Part shown: piece by piece, positions 1 to 9,521 of the stretch
Layout: every line of letters begins with the position of its first letter
How positions within the stretch are numbered: the first letter of the stretch is position 1
Source of the DNA: an uncultured archaeon
Lineage (GTDB): Archaea; Aenigmatarchaeota; Aenigmatarchaeia; PWEA01; JAGHBM01
Assembly: GCA_964584335.1 (NCBI GenBank)
Contig: CAZOZN010000002.1
Span: 206,513 to 270,512 of the forward strand
Reading direction: 5' to 3'
DNA: 64,000 nucleotides
The notes under the pieces: model-generated
What the model saw: only the letters and a program-made list of their open reading frames with translations
Databases searched by the model: none
Told to the model about the DNA's origin: nothing
Program-made: the position numbers and the translations under genes

Positions 1-68
1 TCTTGAGAACAGTTGCCTGGTCGATTGGTTTCGTAAGCGGACTAATTCTTTTGATTAAATCGAAATGA
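1..68 (+). CDS. 3' end of a CDS entering the window (hydrophobic C-terminus LRTVAWSIGFVSGLILLIKSK)
   Basis: Open frame from position 3 to TGA at 66-68, reading as a transmembrane-like segment. Confidence 0.4.
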   Translation, partial: LRTVAWSIGFVSGLILLIKSK

Positions 69-132
69 ATGCTTTATACCAGATAATTTTATATATAGAA
101 AAATTTGTTTTTTAATTATAGAGGTAGATTTG

Positions 133-339
133 ATGGTTAAGAAAAAAAGTACCAAGAAAAAAACAAAAAAGAAAACAATGAAGAAAGTAAGGTGCGCAGC
201 GAAGACAAGAGATGGAAAGAGATGCAAGAACTTTGCATCAGGCAGGTCTAAATATTGTAAGGCTCATCAGAAGGCAAGTTCAAGAGGGCCTAAGAAAAAG
301 AAGACCACAAAGAAAAAGAAAACCAGAAAGAAAAAATGA
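133..339 (+). CDS. Small Lys-rich protein with a C-x9-C-x9-C-x2-H putative zinc finger (DUF5763-like)
   Basis: GAGGT RBS at 121-125, ATG at 133; RCAAKTRDGKRCKNFASGRSKYCKAH core flanked by poly-Lys tails. Confidence 0.75.
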   Translation: MVKKKSTKKKTKKKTMKKVRCAAKTRDGKRCKNFASGRSKYCKAHQKASSRGPKKKKTTKKKKTRKKK

Positions 340-407
340 TTTTTATCTTTCATCACAAAACACCCCCTATTTTTAATTTATTTAACCCTTCCAGTTCTTA
401 GTATGAA

Positions 408-479
408 TGCAATGGCGATGAAAATACCGTCCCAAAGGGATTTTTAGATGACCGGAAAGGTAGCTATTGAGCCATTGCA
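408..479 (+). ncRNA. Candidate small structured RNA (C/D-box-like)
   Basis: Perfect 9-bp terminal stem TGCAATGGC/GCCATTGCA, GATGA boxes at 417-421 and 447-451, TTGA at 467-470, TATA-like TTTATTTA at 377-384. Confidence 0.45.
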
Positions 480-543
480 CTATAAAAAAGCTTAAATACT
501 TGATAATTTTAATAAAATTACAAATTAGAACGGAGGTAAAAAA

Positions 544-852
544 ATGGTAGAATTTGAGACAATTGAATCAACTGAAGTAAAATTTGGAAATAACAACTTC
601 ATTGAGATTGGGAAGAAAAAAGCCATAACTGACGAAGGGGAAAACGTTTTTATTTCTCTTTCCAGAGGTTTTTTCACACCAGACAATGAAAGGAGATATA
701 AGAAGAATTTTGCATTACCAAACGAAGCTGGTGTAATAAAGAAAATAATAGAAGCACTACAGGATTTGGATGTGCCAGAAGGTTCAGAAGATTCTGATGA
801 AGAAGCGGCTGAAGAAGATGCAGATGATTCAAGCGAAGAAGAAGAAGAGTGA
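544..852 (+). CDS. Small protein, PUR/PC4-like putative ssDNA/RNA-binding domain with acidic tail
   Basis: GGAGGT RBS; TATA element GCTTAAATACT at 490-500; beta-rich aromatic core (NNFIEI..FISLSRGFF) followed by D/E-rich tail; fold call is inference. Confidence 0.65.
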   Translation: MVEFETIESTEVKFGNNNFIEIGKKKAITDEGENVFISLSRGFFTPDNERRYKKNFALPNEAGVIKKIIEALQDLDVPEGSEDSDEEAAEEDADDSSEEEEE

Positions 853-871
853 GAAAAACCTTTTACTTTAT

Positions 872-908
872 AATTCTGCTCTTAGAGCAGAATTTTTTTT
901 GTTTTTTA
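872..908 (+). terminator. Hairpin plus T-tract terminator
   Basis: AATTCTGCTC-TTA-GAGCAGAATT followed by T runs. Confidence 0.6.
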
Positions 909-944
909 TTAAATAATTAAATATAACTGTCTTATACTATTATT

Positions 945-1817
945 ATGCCTGAAGAGTTGTTTACGGGAGGTTCTCCTTTGTGTTCTGGTTGCATGTCTTC
1001 TCTTGGTTTGAAGATTGCTCTGGAAACCTTGGGCAAAAATACTATAGTTGTAAATTCTTCCGGATGCCTTACTCTCTTATCTGTTTATCCCAATTCTCCA
1101 ATGAGAGTTCCGTTTATTCATGTAGCGATAGAGAATGCAGGTGCAGTTGCTAGCGGCATATACTCGGCATACAAGCAGAAAGGAGAACATGTCAATATTT
1201 TGATTTATGCGGGAGACGGTGCTACGTATGATATAGGTTTTCAGTCGCTTTCCGGTGCTTGCGACAGAAGGGATGATTTTTTGTATGTTTGCTATAACAA
1301 TCAGGCGTTTATGAATACGGGGATACAACAATCTAGTGCGACTCCTCTTGGAGCAGCTACTAAAACAACACCAAGCGGCGAGGAAAATAAGATGGGAAAT
1401 TTATTTCAAAGAAAACCTATAGAGAGGATAATTGCGGCACATGGAGTTCCTTATGTTGCTACTGCATGTGTTTCTTTTCCTGAGGATTATAAGAACAAAC
1501 TTGAGAAGGCCATGAACATTGTCGGCCCGAAATTTATAGACCTGTTATGTCCCTGTCCTACTGGATGGGGTTTCAAGCCCCAAGACGGTATAGATATAGG
1601 CAAGCGTGCAGTTCAAACTGGTCTGTGGCCTCTTTACGAGATAGAAAACAACAAACTCAAAATAACCCACAAACCCAATAAACTTAGGCCAGTTGAAGAT
1701 TATTTTTCATTACAAAAAAGATACAGGCATCTTGGTAGTGAGCAAAAGAAGACTATACAGAATGTTGTTAATCATAGATGGAAGGAGTTGTTAAAGGGAG
1801 ATTTTTATGGATTTTAG
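945..1817 (+). CDS. porB: Pyruvate/2-oxoacid:ferredoxin oxidoreductase beta subunit
   Basis: CSGC near N-terminus, GDG..YDIG TPP-binding motif, NTGIQQS, CPCPTGW. Confidence 0.93.
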   Translation: MPEELFTGGSPLCSGCMSSLGLKIALETLGKNTIVVNSSGCLTLLSVYPNSPMRVPFIHVAIENAGAVASGIYSAYKQKGEHVNILIYAGDGATYDIGFQSLSGACDRRDDFLYVCYNNQAFMNTGIQQSSATPLGAATKTTPSGEENKMGNLFQRKPIERIIAAHGVPYVATACVSFPEDYKNKLEKAMNIVGPKFIDLLCPCPTGWGFKPQDGIDIGKRAVQTGLWPLYEIENNKLKITHKPNKLRPVEDYFSLQKRYRHLGSEQKKTIQNVVNHRWKELLKGDFYGF

Positions 1818-3767
1818 GTGGTTGAAATTTTTGTAATTTTTTGTTGTCTTATGGGATTTTTGTTTGTTTTGTTTTTGTATAGAAAACTTAATGGATTTGA
1901 AAAAGGCAACAAAAGAATGGTGGAAATATCTGACTATGTTCATAACGGTGCAAAAACATTTCTAAAGGAAGAGTACAAATCGCTCCTGATATTCGTCTTT
2001 ATTTTTTCTGTAATACTTTACTTTCTTGACTTTCGTTTATCACTGTCTTTTATATTGGGTTCATTTTTTTCTGCGCTGGCAGGAAATATAGGAATGAGAA
2101 TGTCCACCTCTTCTAACACGAAGACTGCATACGCTGCAAGGAAAAGCCTTAAAAAATCTTTGAGGGTTGCTTTCTCATCTGGTTCTATAATGGGCATGAC
2201 CACAGTGAGTCTGGGACTAATAGGCATTAGTTTGCTTTATATGGTTTTTGGAGATCCTAACGTAATTTATGGTTATGCTTTTGGTGCTTCCATGGTTGCA
2301 TTGTTTGCCAGAGTTGGTGGCGGGATATATACCAAGGCTGCTGACATAGGTGCTGATACAGTAGGCAAGCTAGAAAAAAACATGCCCGAGGACGACCCCA
2401 GAAACCCTGCCGTTATAGCTGACCAAGTGGGAGATAACGTGGGTGATGTTGCTGGAATGGGTTCAGACCTTTTTGAGAGCTACGTCGATGCGATTATAGC
2501 GACAATGGTAATGGGAGTTTCTATAATAGGTTTTGGCGACTTTGTCTTAATACCCTTATTGATATCCGGTATAGGTATTTTATCCTCTATAATCAGTTAT
2601 TTTCTTATATACCTGAACCTTGAAGGAGGCGTGGAAAACATGCTTGACAGGTGTGTTTATGGTTCTACTATTTTAACTGCATTGTTTTCCTTCCTGATAG
2701 TGGACTATCTTGCTGTTGGTATGCATATTTTTTATTCTATATTCACAGGACTTTTGCTGGGTTTGATAATAGGCAAATCCAGCGAGTACTATACATCAAT
2801 GGATAGAAGTCCTACCATAAACATAGCTAAAGAAAGTCGCGCCGGTGCTGCCACCAATATAATATCAGGTCTTGCCACGGGAATGGAAAGTAATATAGTT
2901 CCGGTCATATCGATAGGCGCGGCGATGGTAATTAGCTACGGCTTCGCCGGAATTTATGGAATAGGCCTTGCCGCAGTTGGCATGTTTGCTAATCTGGGTA
3001 CGACTCTCTCTATAGATTCCTACGGTCCCACAGTTGATAATGCGGAAGGCATAGCAAAGATGGGTAAGTTAAGCAAGGTCGCAAGGAAAAGATGCGAAGA
3101 ATTGGATGCTGTTGGCAACACCACGGCTGCTGTAGGCAAAGGATTTGCGATAGGTTCTGCAGCTCTTGCTTCACTCGCATTGTTTTCTTCTTACATAGAG
3201 GCAACCAATCTTAGTGTCATAAGTCTTGTTTCGCCTAAGGTTATAGCCGCTCTTTTCTTGGGAGGTCTTTTGCCGTTTTTGTTTTCTTCAATGACAATGA
3301 GGTCTGTAGGAAAGACGGCATCGAAGATAGTTCATGAATCAAGAAGGCAGCTGGAAGACAAGAAGATATTTTCTGGAAAGAAAAAACCAAATTACCAGAG
3401 ATGCATAAAGATAAGCAGTGATGCTGCAATCCAGGAAATGATTTTACCAGGAGTTCTTGCGATAGGTGCTCCTGTTGCTACGGGATTGATTTTGGGGGTG
3501 GAGGCTTTGGGAGGTCTTTTGGCGGGAACAATCACTACAGGCTTGTTGCTTGCTATAATGATGGCCAATGCCGGCGGTGCATGGGATAACGCAAAGAAAT
3601 ATGTTGAACAGGGGCATCTCGGTGGAGAAGGTTCTGAAGTTCACAAGGCCACAATAATCGGGGACACGATAGGTGACCCATTTAAAGATACTTGCGGCCC
3701 TTCTCTTGATATATTGTTAAAGTTGATGTCGATAGTTGCGATAGTTTTTATACCACTTTTTATATAA
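1818..3767 (+). CDS. hppA: Membrane-bound ion-translocating pyrophosphatase, K+-dependent type
   Basis: GGGIYTKAADIGAD..EDDPRN, DQVGDNVGD, GNTTAA (K+-dependent signature), GDTIGDPFKD. Confidence 0.95.
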   Translation: MVEIFVIFCCLMGFLFVLFLYRKLNGFEKGNKRMVEISDYVHNGAKTFLKEEYKSLLIFVFIFSVILYFLDFRLSLSFILGSFFSALAGNIGMRMSTSSNTKTAYAARKSLKKSLRVAFSSGSIMGMTTVSLGLIGISLLYMVFGDPNVIYGYAFGASMVALFARVGGGIYTKAADIGADTVGKLEKNMPEDDPRNPAVIADQVGDNVGDVAGMGSDLFESYVDAIIATMVMGVSIIGFGDFVLIPLLISGIGILSSIISYFLIYLNLEGGVENMLDRCVYGSTILTALFSFLIVDYLAVGMHIFYSIFTGLLLGLIIGKSSEYYTSMDRSPTINIAKESRAGAATNIISGLATGMESNIVPVISIGAAMVISYGFAGIYGIGLAAVGMFANLGTTLSIDSYGPTVDNAEGIAKMGKLSKVARKRCEELDAVGNTTAAVGKGFAIGSAALASLALFSSYIEATNLSVISLVSPKVIAALFLGGLLPFLFSSMTMRSVGKTASKIVHESRRQLEDKKIFSGKKKPNYQRCIKISSDAAIQEMILPGVLAIGAPVATGLILGVEALGGLLAGTITTGLLLAIMMANAGGAWDNAKKYVEQGHLGGEGSEVHKATIIGDTIGDPFKDTCGPSLDILLKLMSIVAIVFIPLFI

Positions 3768-3799
3768 TATTTTATAAAACAAAAACAGGGTGATAATTA

Positions 3800-5728
3800 A
3801 TGAGTAATTGGGTAGTTAAGGACGAAGAAAAGGATTTTTTTTGGCCGTCGGATGAGATGAAAAATAAGGCTAATGTTTCTGATTCTAATGTTTATGATGA
3901 TGCACTTTCAGACCAGATCGGGTTTTGGTCTGAAAAAGCAAAGGAGCTTGAATGGTTTAAAGAATGGGATAAAGATTATGAGGATAATCCTCCAAATTTC
4001 AAATGGTTTGTCAACGGAAAAACTAACATATGTTATAACGCGGTGGACAGGCATCTTAATGACAAGGGGGATAAAACTGCAATTATTTGGGTACCCGAAA
4101 ACCAGGAAGAAACCCCAAGAAAGATAACTTATAAAGAGCTTCATGAGGAAGTCTGCAAGTTTTCTAATGTTCTAAAAGATTTGGGTGTCGGTAAGGGAGA
4201 CAGGGTAGGAATATACATGCCAATGGTACCCGAAGTACAGGTGGCTCTTCTTTCCTGTGCCAGACTGGGTGCTATACACACCGTTGTTTTCTCTGCATTT
4301 TCTTCCGAGTCTCTTAAGGAGAGGATGGAAGATTCGGATGCAAAAGTCTTGATAACAGCGGACGGTTATTACAGGAGAGGCAAGGAAATAGACCTAAAGA
4401 AAAAGGCAGACGAAGGAGTTGAAGGTACTGGTGTAGAAAAGGTTGTTGTTGTAAGGAGATTGAAGTCCGATGTAGATATGATGGAGGGAAGAGATTTTTT
4501 CTACGATGAAATAATCAAAGACAGCAATTCATCATTTAATGCAGAACACATGGAAAGCAATAAAACTCTTTTCATATTATATACTTCCGGAACAACAGGC
4601 AAGCCGAAGGGGATTGTGCATGATACCGGAGGCTACATGGTACAGGCTTACCTTACAACAAAATGGATTTTTGATTTGCAGGACGACGACGTGTTCTGGT
4701 GTACTGCAGATATAGGATGGGTTACAGGACACACTTACTCATGTTACGGCCCTCTTCTTAACGGCGGAACAATGTTAACCTTTGAGGGTTCTCCGGATTA
4801 TCCTGATTTGGGTGCCTGGTGGAAGATAATAGAGGAACATGGAGTTACGATTTTTTATACCTCACCCACCGCAGTAAGGATGTTTAAGAAAGGAGGGGTT
4901 GAATTTATAAAAAAATATGATTTGAACACCCTTAGAATTCTTGGAAGTGTGGGGGAACCTATAGACAAGGAGACGTGGCTCTGGTATTTCAAAGAAATAG
5001 GGGGAGAAAGATGCCCCATACTTGATACATGGTGGCAAACCGAAACCGGCGGAATACTTATAACAGCACTTCCCGGTATAGGGCCGATAATACCGACTGT
5101 CGCAGGAAAACCTTTCCCAGGAGTAAGAATGGAAGTTGTTGATGAAGACGGAAAAAAGGTTGAAAAGGGGGAAGGTTTTGTAGTACAAAAGAAGCCTTTC
5201 GCTCCCGGTATGTTGAGAGGTGTTTACAAAAACCCGGAAAAATATCTCAGTACCTACTGGGAGAGGTATGGAAAAGATGTTTATTACCCCGCCGATGGCG
5301 CGATAATGATGGAGGGAGGCAACATAAAGATAACGGGCAGGTCCGACGATGTCATGAAGGTGGCCGGACACAGGATGTCCACGGCCGAGATGGAGGACGC
5401 AATAAACAGGAACCCAAACGTGGCGGAGTGTGCGGTCGTTTCGAAACCGGATGAAATAAAGGGCGAAGTGCCTATAGCATTTGTTATATTGAAGAATAGT
5501 GAAGACCCGGAAAAAATGAGAAAGGAAATAAAGAAAACAACGGACGAGCACATAGGACCAATAGCGAGACCGAAGGAAATATACTTCGTGGAAGACGTTC
5601 CCAAAACACGTTCCGGTAAAATAATGAGAAGGATACTCAAGAGCATGCTTCGTGGTAGGGAACTGGGCAACCTCAGCACGCTAAAGAACCCGGAATCGGT
5701 AGAAAAAGTAAAGGATGTTATCGGTTAG
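3800..5728 (+). CDS. acs: Acetyl-CoA synthetase (AMP-forming)
   Basis: YTSGTTGKPKG, DTWWQTETG, PKTRSGKIMRR. Confidence 0.95.
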   Translation: MSNWVVKDEEKDFFWPSDEMKNKANVSDSNVYDDALSDQIGFWSEKAKELEWFKEWDKDYEDNPPNFKWFVNGKTNICYNAVDRHLNDKGDKTAIIWVPENQEETPRKITYKELHEEVCKFSNVLKDLGVGKGDRVGIYMPMVPEVQVALLSCARLGAIHTVVFSAFSSESLKERMEDSDAKVLITADGYYRRGKEIDLKKKADEGVEGTGVEKVVVVRRLKSDVDMMEGRDFFYDEIIKDSNSSFNAEHMESNKTLFILYTSGTTGKPKGIVHDTGGYMVQAYLTTKWIFDLQDDDVFWCTADIGWVTGHTYSCYGPLLNGGTMLTFEGSPDYPDLGAWWKIIEEHGVTIFYTSPTAVRMFKKGGVEFIKKYDLNTLRILGSVGEPIDKETWLWYFKEIGGERCPILDTWWQTETGGILITALPGIGPIIPTVAGKPFPGVRMEVVDEDGKKVEKGEGFVVQKKPFAPGMLRGVYKNPEKYLSTYWERYGKDVYYPADGAIMMEGGNIKITGRSDDVMKVAGHRMSTAEMEDAINRNPNVAECAVVSKPDEIKGEVPIAFVILKNSEDPEKMRKEIKKTTDEHIGPIARPKEIYFVEDVPKTRSGKIMRRILKSMLRGRELGNLSTLKNPESVEKVKDVIG

Positions 5729-7071
5729 TCTGATTTAGAATATTCATAGAGGACTTTCAATACCTCTACGCACCTTTTAGGGGATGTGAAGCAAGGCATC
5801 CCGCCCTCTTCCAGTTTCATTTTCAATTTTTCAGTATATTCTCCACCTGCAGATACTATTGAAGTTGTCTTTCTTCCTGATAGTTTCAATATTTTATCCA
5901 CTACATCTTTTTTTAACAGGGGCGGCTGGAACAGGAAAACGAGCGCTATCATGTCAACCTTTTTGTCTCTTATTGCATCTTCGTAACAAGCCTCGTACAT
6001 TTCTGAGGTAACGTCTCCCGTAAGGTCTATTATATTTTCCATTGTTGCGTGCTTGGGTAATATTTTTCTTAGATTATTTTTGCTTTTTTTGCTGACTTTA
6101 GCAAGGCTCAATCCGAATTTTTCTGCCCAGTCTGATGTCAGTACACCGAAACCACCAGCATCTGTTATTATTCTTAGTTTCCTGCCTTCTGGGAGTGGCT
6201 GGTTTGATATAGCTCTAGCAAGGTCAAACATCTGTTCCAAATCTTCCGCTTCAATTATTCCTGTCTGATTGAACACGCCGGAATATATTTTTGCGTTTCC
6301 TGCCAAAGCACCTGTGTGAGTTTTTGCCGATTTTCTGCCGCTTTCAGTTTTACCACCCTTGAGAACTATTACCGGCTTATTTATTTTTTTTGATACTTTG
6401 AAAAATTCTTTGCCGTCCTTCAATCCTTCTATGTATATACAAATTACTTTTGTTTCTTTATCCTCATCCAAATGTTTCATCAATTCAGTAACGTCTACAT
6501 CTGTTGCATTACCATAAGATATTGCCTTTGATATTTTGTATCCTTTCAGGGACATCCAGTCCAGTGTTATGCAAAGAGTTGCTCCGGATTGTGATATGAA
6601 ACCAATGTTTCCCTTTTTTGGCCTTCCCATCCTTTCTTTTGGATTGAAGATGGTATCCAAACCGAAATAAGGGTTATAAACTCCCATGCAGTTGGGCCCT
6701 ATTACTCTTAGGTTATATTTTTTGATTACTTTTTTCAATTCTTTCTCTCTTTTAATGTTTCCGGCTTCTTTGAAACCTGCTGAAACTACTATGCAGTTTT
6801 TTATTTTTTTCTCTCCGCATTCTTCAAGAACATCATAAACATATTTTGCAGGTATTGCCAGAACAGCCAGGTCCACTTTTTTGTTTATATCGCTGACTTT
6901 TCTGTAACAGTCAATGCCCATTATTTTTTTGGCCTTGGGGTTTACCGGATATATTTCGCCCTTGAAATTTTCTTTGAAATTGTTTAATATTACATTTCCT
7001 ATCTTGCCTTTTTTTCTTGAAGCTCCTATTATGCAAACTGACTCCGGCCTAAAAAATTTGTCTAAGGTCAT
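5725..7071 (-). CDS. acdA: Acetate-CoA ligase (ADP-forming) alpha subunit
   Basis: CoA-binding N-terminus (IIGAS), GPNCMG, SQSGA, HTGALAG phospho-His motif. Confidence 0.9.
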   Translation of the reverse strand: MTLDKFFRPESVCIIGASRKKGKIGNVILNNFKENFKGEIYPVNPKAKKIMGIDCYRKVSDINKKVDLAVLAIPAKYVYDVLEECGEKKIKNCIVVSAGFKEAGNIKREKELKKVIKKYNLRVIGPNCMGVYNPYFGLDTIFNPKERMGRPKKGNIGFISQSGATLCITLDWMSLKGYKISKAISYGNATDVDVTELMKHLDEDKETKVICIYIEGLKDGKEFFKVSKKINKPVIVLKGGKTESGRKSAKTHTGALAGNAKIYSGVFNQTGIIEAEDLEQMFDLARAISNQPLPEGRKLRIITDAGGFGVLTSDWAEKFGLSLAKVSKKSKNNLRKILPKHATMENIIDLTGDVTSEMYEACYEDAIRDKKVDMIALVFLFQPPLLKKDVVDKILKLSGRKTTSIVSAGGEYTEKLKMKLEEGGMPCFTSPKRCVEVLKVLYEYSKSD

Positions 7072-7150
7072 AATAATCTTTCGTGATTGTAATATAATAA
7101 ATTTATGTAAAGTTTATAAAAGATGCAAATAAAATATTTTTAGTGTTCGC

Positions 7151-8131
7151 ATGAATTTGAGTGATATGGCGATTATTGCGTCTATTGTTGCTGGCCTGGC
7201 TTCTGTTCCATTTGTAGCATCAACAATTTCTAATGATTACGGTCCCATAGGCGATATAATTTTAAACATGAGTTCTGATGAAATACCCGGTGAACTTTCA
7301 AGAAAAATAAGTGATGACAGGTTCGAGCAAAATTATAAGACACCATTTGGAAGATTTAAAATAACTGTAATACCAACAGGAGTTTATCAGGAGCTTGTTA
7401 GGCCTGACAGAAAGATAATAATAGAAAATACTCCATATCATGATTCTTGGATTGTAATTACAAGCGACTACAAATTAGTTATAAATAAAACTAGTGGAAT
7501 GAAGGTTGAGAGATTTGAGAGCAAGGACGGTTTCATTGAAATAGTTGAATATATGGGCAACAGAGATGAAGTAATCAAGGGCAATGTTCAAGATTACGAA
7601 GATGCAAAGAAAACACTAAAAGAGGAGCTGTCTAGAATTAATAAAATAAGAGAAAAATATATGAATATACCCGGCACTGAGAATATTACTTCATCGGATA
7701 AAGTAAAAATAAATGAGGTATTGCCAAATCCGGATGATACACAAGATTGTAATGGTGATGGCAGTTTTACGGATTCTGGAGACGAGTTTATTGAATTGTA
7801 TAACTATGGTGATGAGGATATAGATTTATCCGGTTGGAAAATAAGTGATAATAATGATTTGACAATAGAAAGCGGAACTACGATAGAATCTGGTGATTTT
7901 GTTTATTTTGTTTCGGGTGACAAACAAGGCAATTATGGTAGTGAGTGGTCTGGTTCATGGCCTAATTTAAATAATGGCGGGGATGATTTGAAAATTTATA
8001 ATAACAATGACTTACTCGTAGATGAAATAAATTATGCTTCCAGTACTGAAGGCAAATCATGGTCCAGAATACCTGATGGCAATGAGAGTTTTTGGGAAGT
8101 TGAACCAACACCCGGGTATACAAATAACTAG
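7151..8131 (+). CDS. Secreted/anchored protein with C-terminal lamin-tail (LTD) domain
   Basis: N-terminal hydrophobic segment; INEVLPNP..DEFIELYN..DLSGWKI..LNNGGD..PTPG LTD pattern. Confidence 0.8.
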   Translation: MNLSDMAIIASIVAGLASVPFVASTISNDYGPIGDIILNMSSDEIPGELSRKISDDRFEQNYKTPFGRFKITVIPTGVYQELVRPDRKIIIENTPYHDSWIVITSDYKLVINKTSGMKVERFESKDGFIEIVEYMGNRDEVIKGNVQDYEDAKKTLKEELSRINKIREKYMNIPGTENITSSDKVKINEVLPNPDDTQDCNGDGSFTDSGDEFIELYNYGDEDIDLSGWKISDNNDLTIESGTTIESGDFVYFVSGDKQGNYGSEWSGSWPNLNNGGDDLKIYNNNDLLVDEINYASSTEGKSWSRIPDGNESFWEVEPTPGYTNN

Positions 8132-8355
8132 TCCAACTTTGAAATCAATTCTTCAAATTTTTTGTCTAATTTTATTTTAGTTCTTTTTGTCAGATTTTTA
8201 TGAACCATGTAAGATGTTAAAACACCAACCATAATGTATAGATAAAGTAGAATTATTACAGTCCAGTAATTGAAAGGAAAAAATTGAAGAATAGCAGAAC
8301 AAAGAGAAGCGATAGAAACTCCTATAAAGAGTCCTATCTTTAAACTCTGTTTCAT
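8128..8355 (-). CDS. Small two-TM membrane protein (75 aa)
   Basis: GGTGA RBS before ATG at 8355; two hydrophobic helices; the longer 110-aa call overlaps metK. Confidence 0.6.
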   Translation of the reverse strand: MKQSLKIGLFIGVSIASLCSAILQFFPFNYWTVIILLYLYIMVGVLTSYMVHKNLTKRTKIKLDKKFEELISKLD

Positions 8356-8366
8356 CTTGTCACCAT

Positions 8367-9521
8367 TTAGTATAATCCGGCTTCCTTTTTTAATTTTTCG
8401 GCAAGGTCTGTTTTTTCCCAAGTGAATTCGGGACCTTCCCTTCCGAAATGCCCGTAACAAGAAGTTTTTCTGTAAACTGGTTTCATCAGGTCAAGCTGTT
8501 TTATTATTCCGGAAGGCGTCAAATTGAAATGACTGTTTACTATTTCTGTTATTTTTTTATTCTCGATTTTTTCTGTGCCGAAAGTATCTATCATAACAGA
8601 CGTTGGCTTGCGGCCTCCTATTGCATATGAAAGCTGTATTTCACATTTTTCACATATCCCGGATGCCACTAAATTTTTTGCTATATATCTTGCCATGTAG
8701 GCAGCTGACCTGTCAACCTTTGTGGGATCTTTTCCCGAAAAGGCACCGCCTCCATGTCCTCCTGTTCCGCCGTAAGTGTCCGCTATTATCTTTCTTCCAG
8801 TCATTCCTGCATCTGCCACAGGACCGCCTATTACAAAACGTCCAGTGTTGTTTATGTAGTATTTCGTACTATCGTTGAGCCAGTTGCAGCATACAGGTTT
8901 TATTAGCTTTTCTTTTATGTCTTTCTTTATCCTTTCCGTTTTTACATCCGTGTCGTGTTGTGTGGCTACCACTACGGAAGTTATGTATTTTGGAATACCT
9001 CTTTCGTACTTTACGCTTACCTGGGTTTTCCCGTCAGGCCTAAGGTATTTTATTTCACCGTTTTTTCTTAGCTCGGTAAGCTTTTTTGCCAATTTCTGCG
9101 CCAAAAGTATCGGCAGAGGCATAAATTCAGGTGTCTCATTTGTGGCATAACCACTCATCATTCCCTGGTCTCCCGCTCCGCTTTCCTGACCATCGACTCC
9201 CATTGCTATGTCAGCAGATTGTTCGTGTATGCTAGTGAGGACACCTACTGTGTTATAATCAAATCCGTATTCAGGTCTGTCGTATCCTATATCACTTATT
9301 ACTTTTCTTGCAATTTGGGAGTAGTTTATACTCGTGCGAGTACTTATTTCACCTGTTATTATTACGAAACCCATTCCTACCATGGCCTCGCATGCAACCC
9401 TTGATTCAGGGTCTTTCTTTATAATTTCATCCAGTATGGCATCAGATATCTGGTCACATACTTTGTCTGGATGACCTTCTGTCATAGCTTCTGAAGTGAA
9501 GACAAAATCACCTTTTTTCAT
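8367..9521 (-). CDS. metK: S-adenosylmethionine synthetase, bacterial/eukaryotic type
   Basis: [39 protein letters not shown]. Confidence 0.95.
   Translation of the reverse strand: MKKGDFVFTSEAMTEGHPDKVCDQISDAILDEIIKKDPESRVACEAMVGMGFVIITGEISTRTSINYSQIARKVISDIGYDRPEYGFDYNTVGVLTSIHEQSADIAMGVDGQESGAGDQGMMSGYATNETPEFMPLPILLAQKLAKKLTELRKNGEIKYLRPDGKTQVSVKYERGIPKYITSVVVATQHDTDVKTERIKKDIKEKLIKPVCCNWLNDSTKYYINNTGRFVIGGPVADAGMTGRKIIADTYGGTGGHGGGAFSGKDPTKVDRSAAYMARYIAKNLVASGICEKCEIQLSYAIGGRKPTSVMIDTFGTEKIENKKITEIVNSHFNLTPSGIIKQLDLMKPVYRKTSCYGHFGREGPEFTWEKTDLAEKLKKEAGLY

Noticed and set aside
42-227. Phe-rich 61-aa minus-strand ORF
   Set aside because: Reverse complement of the poly-Lys codons of the 133-339 gene
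408-479. Fluoride riboswitch, hammerhead or SRP helix 8 reading of the intergenic RNA
   Set aside because: GGCGATG, GATGAC and CCGGAAAGG fragments are present, but the required pairings and conserved cores (pseudoknot, CUGAUGA/GAAA junction, CAGG..AGCA) are not
4862-5679. Long antisense ORFs (229 and 131 aa) and similar ones opposite lhr, cdc48 and the giant gene
   Set aside because: Antisense shadows of well-supported genes with no recognisable motifs
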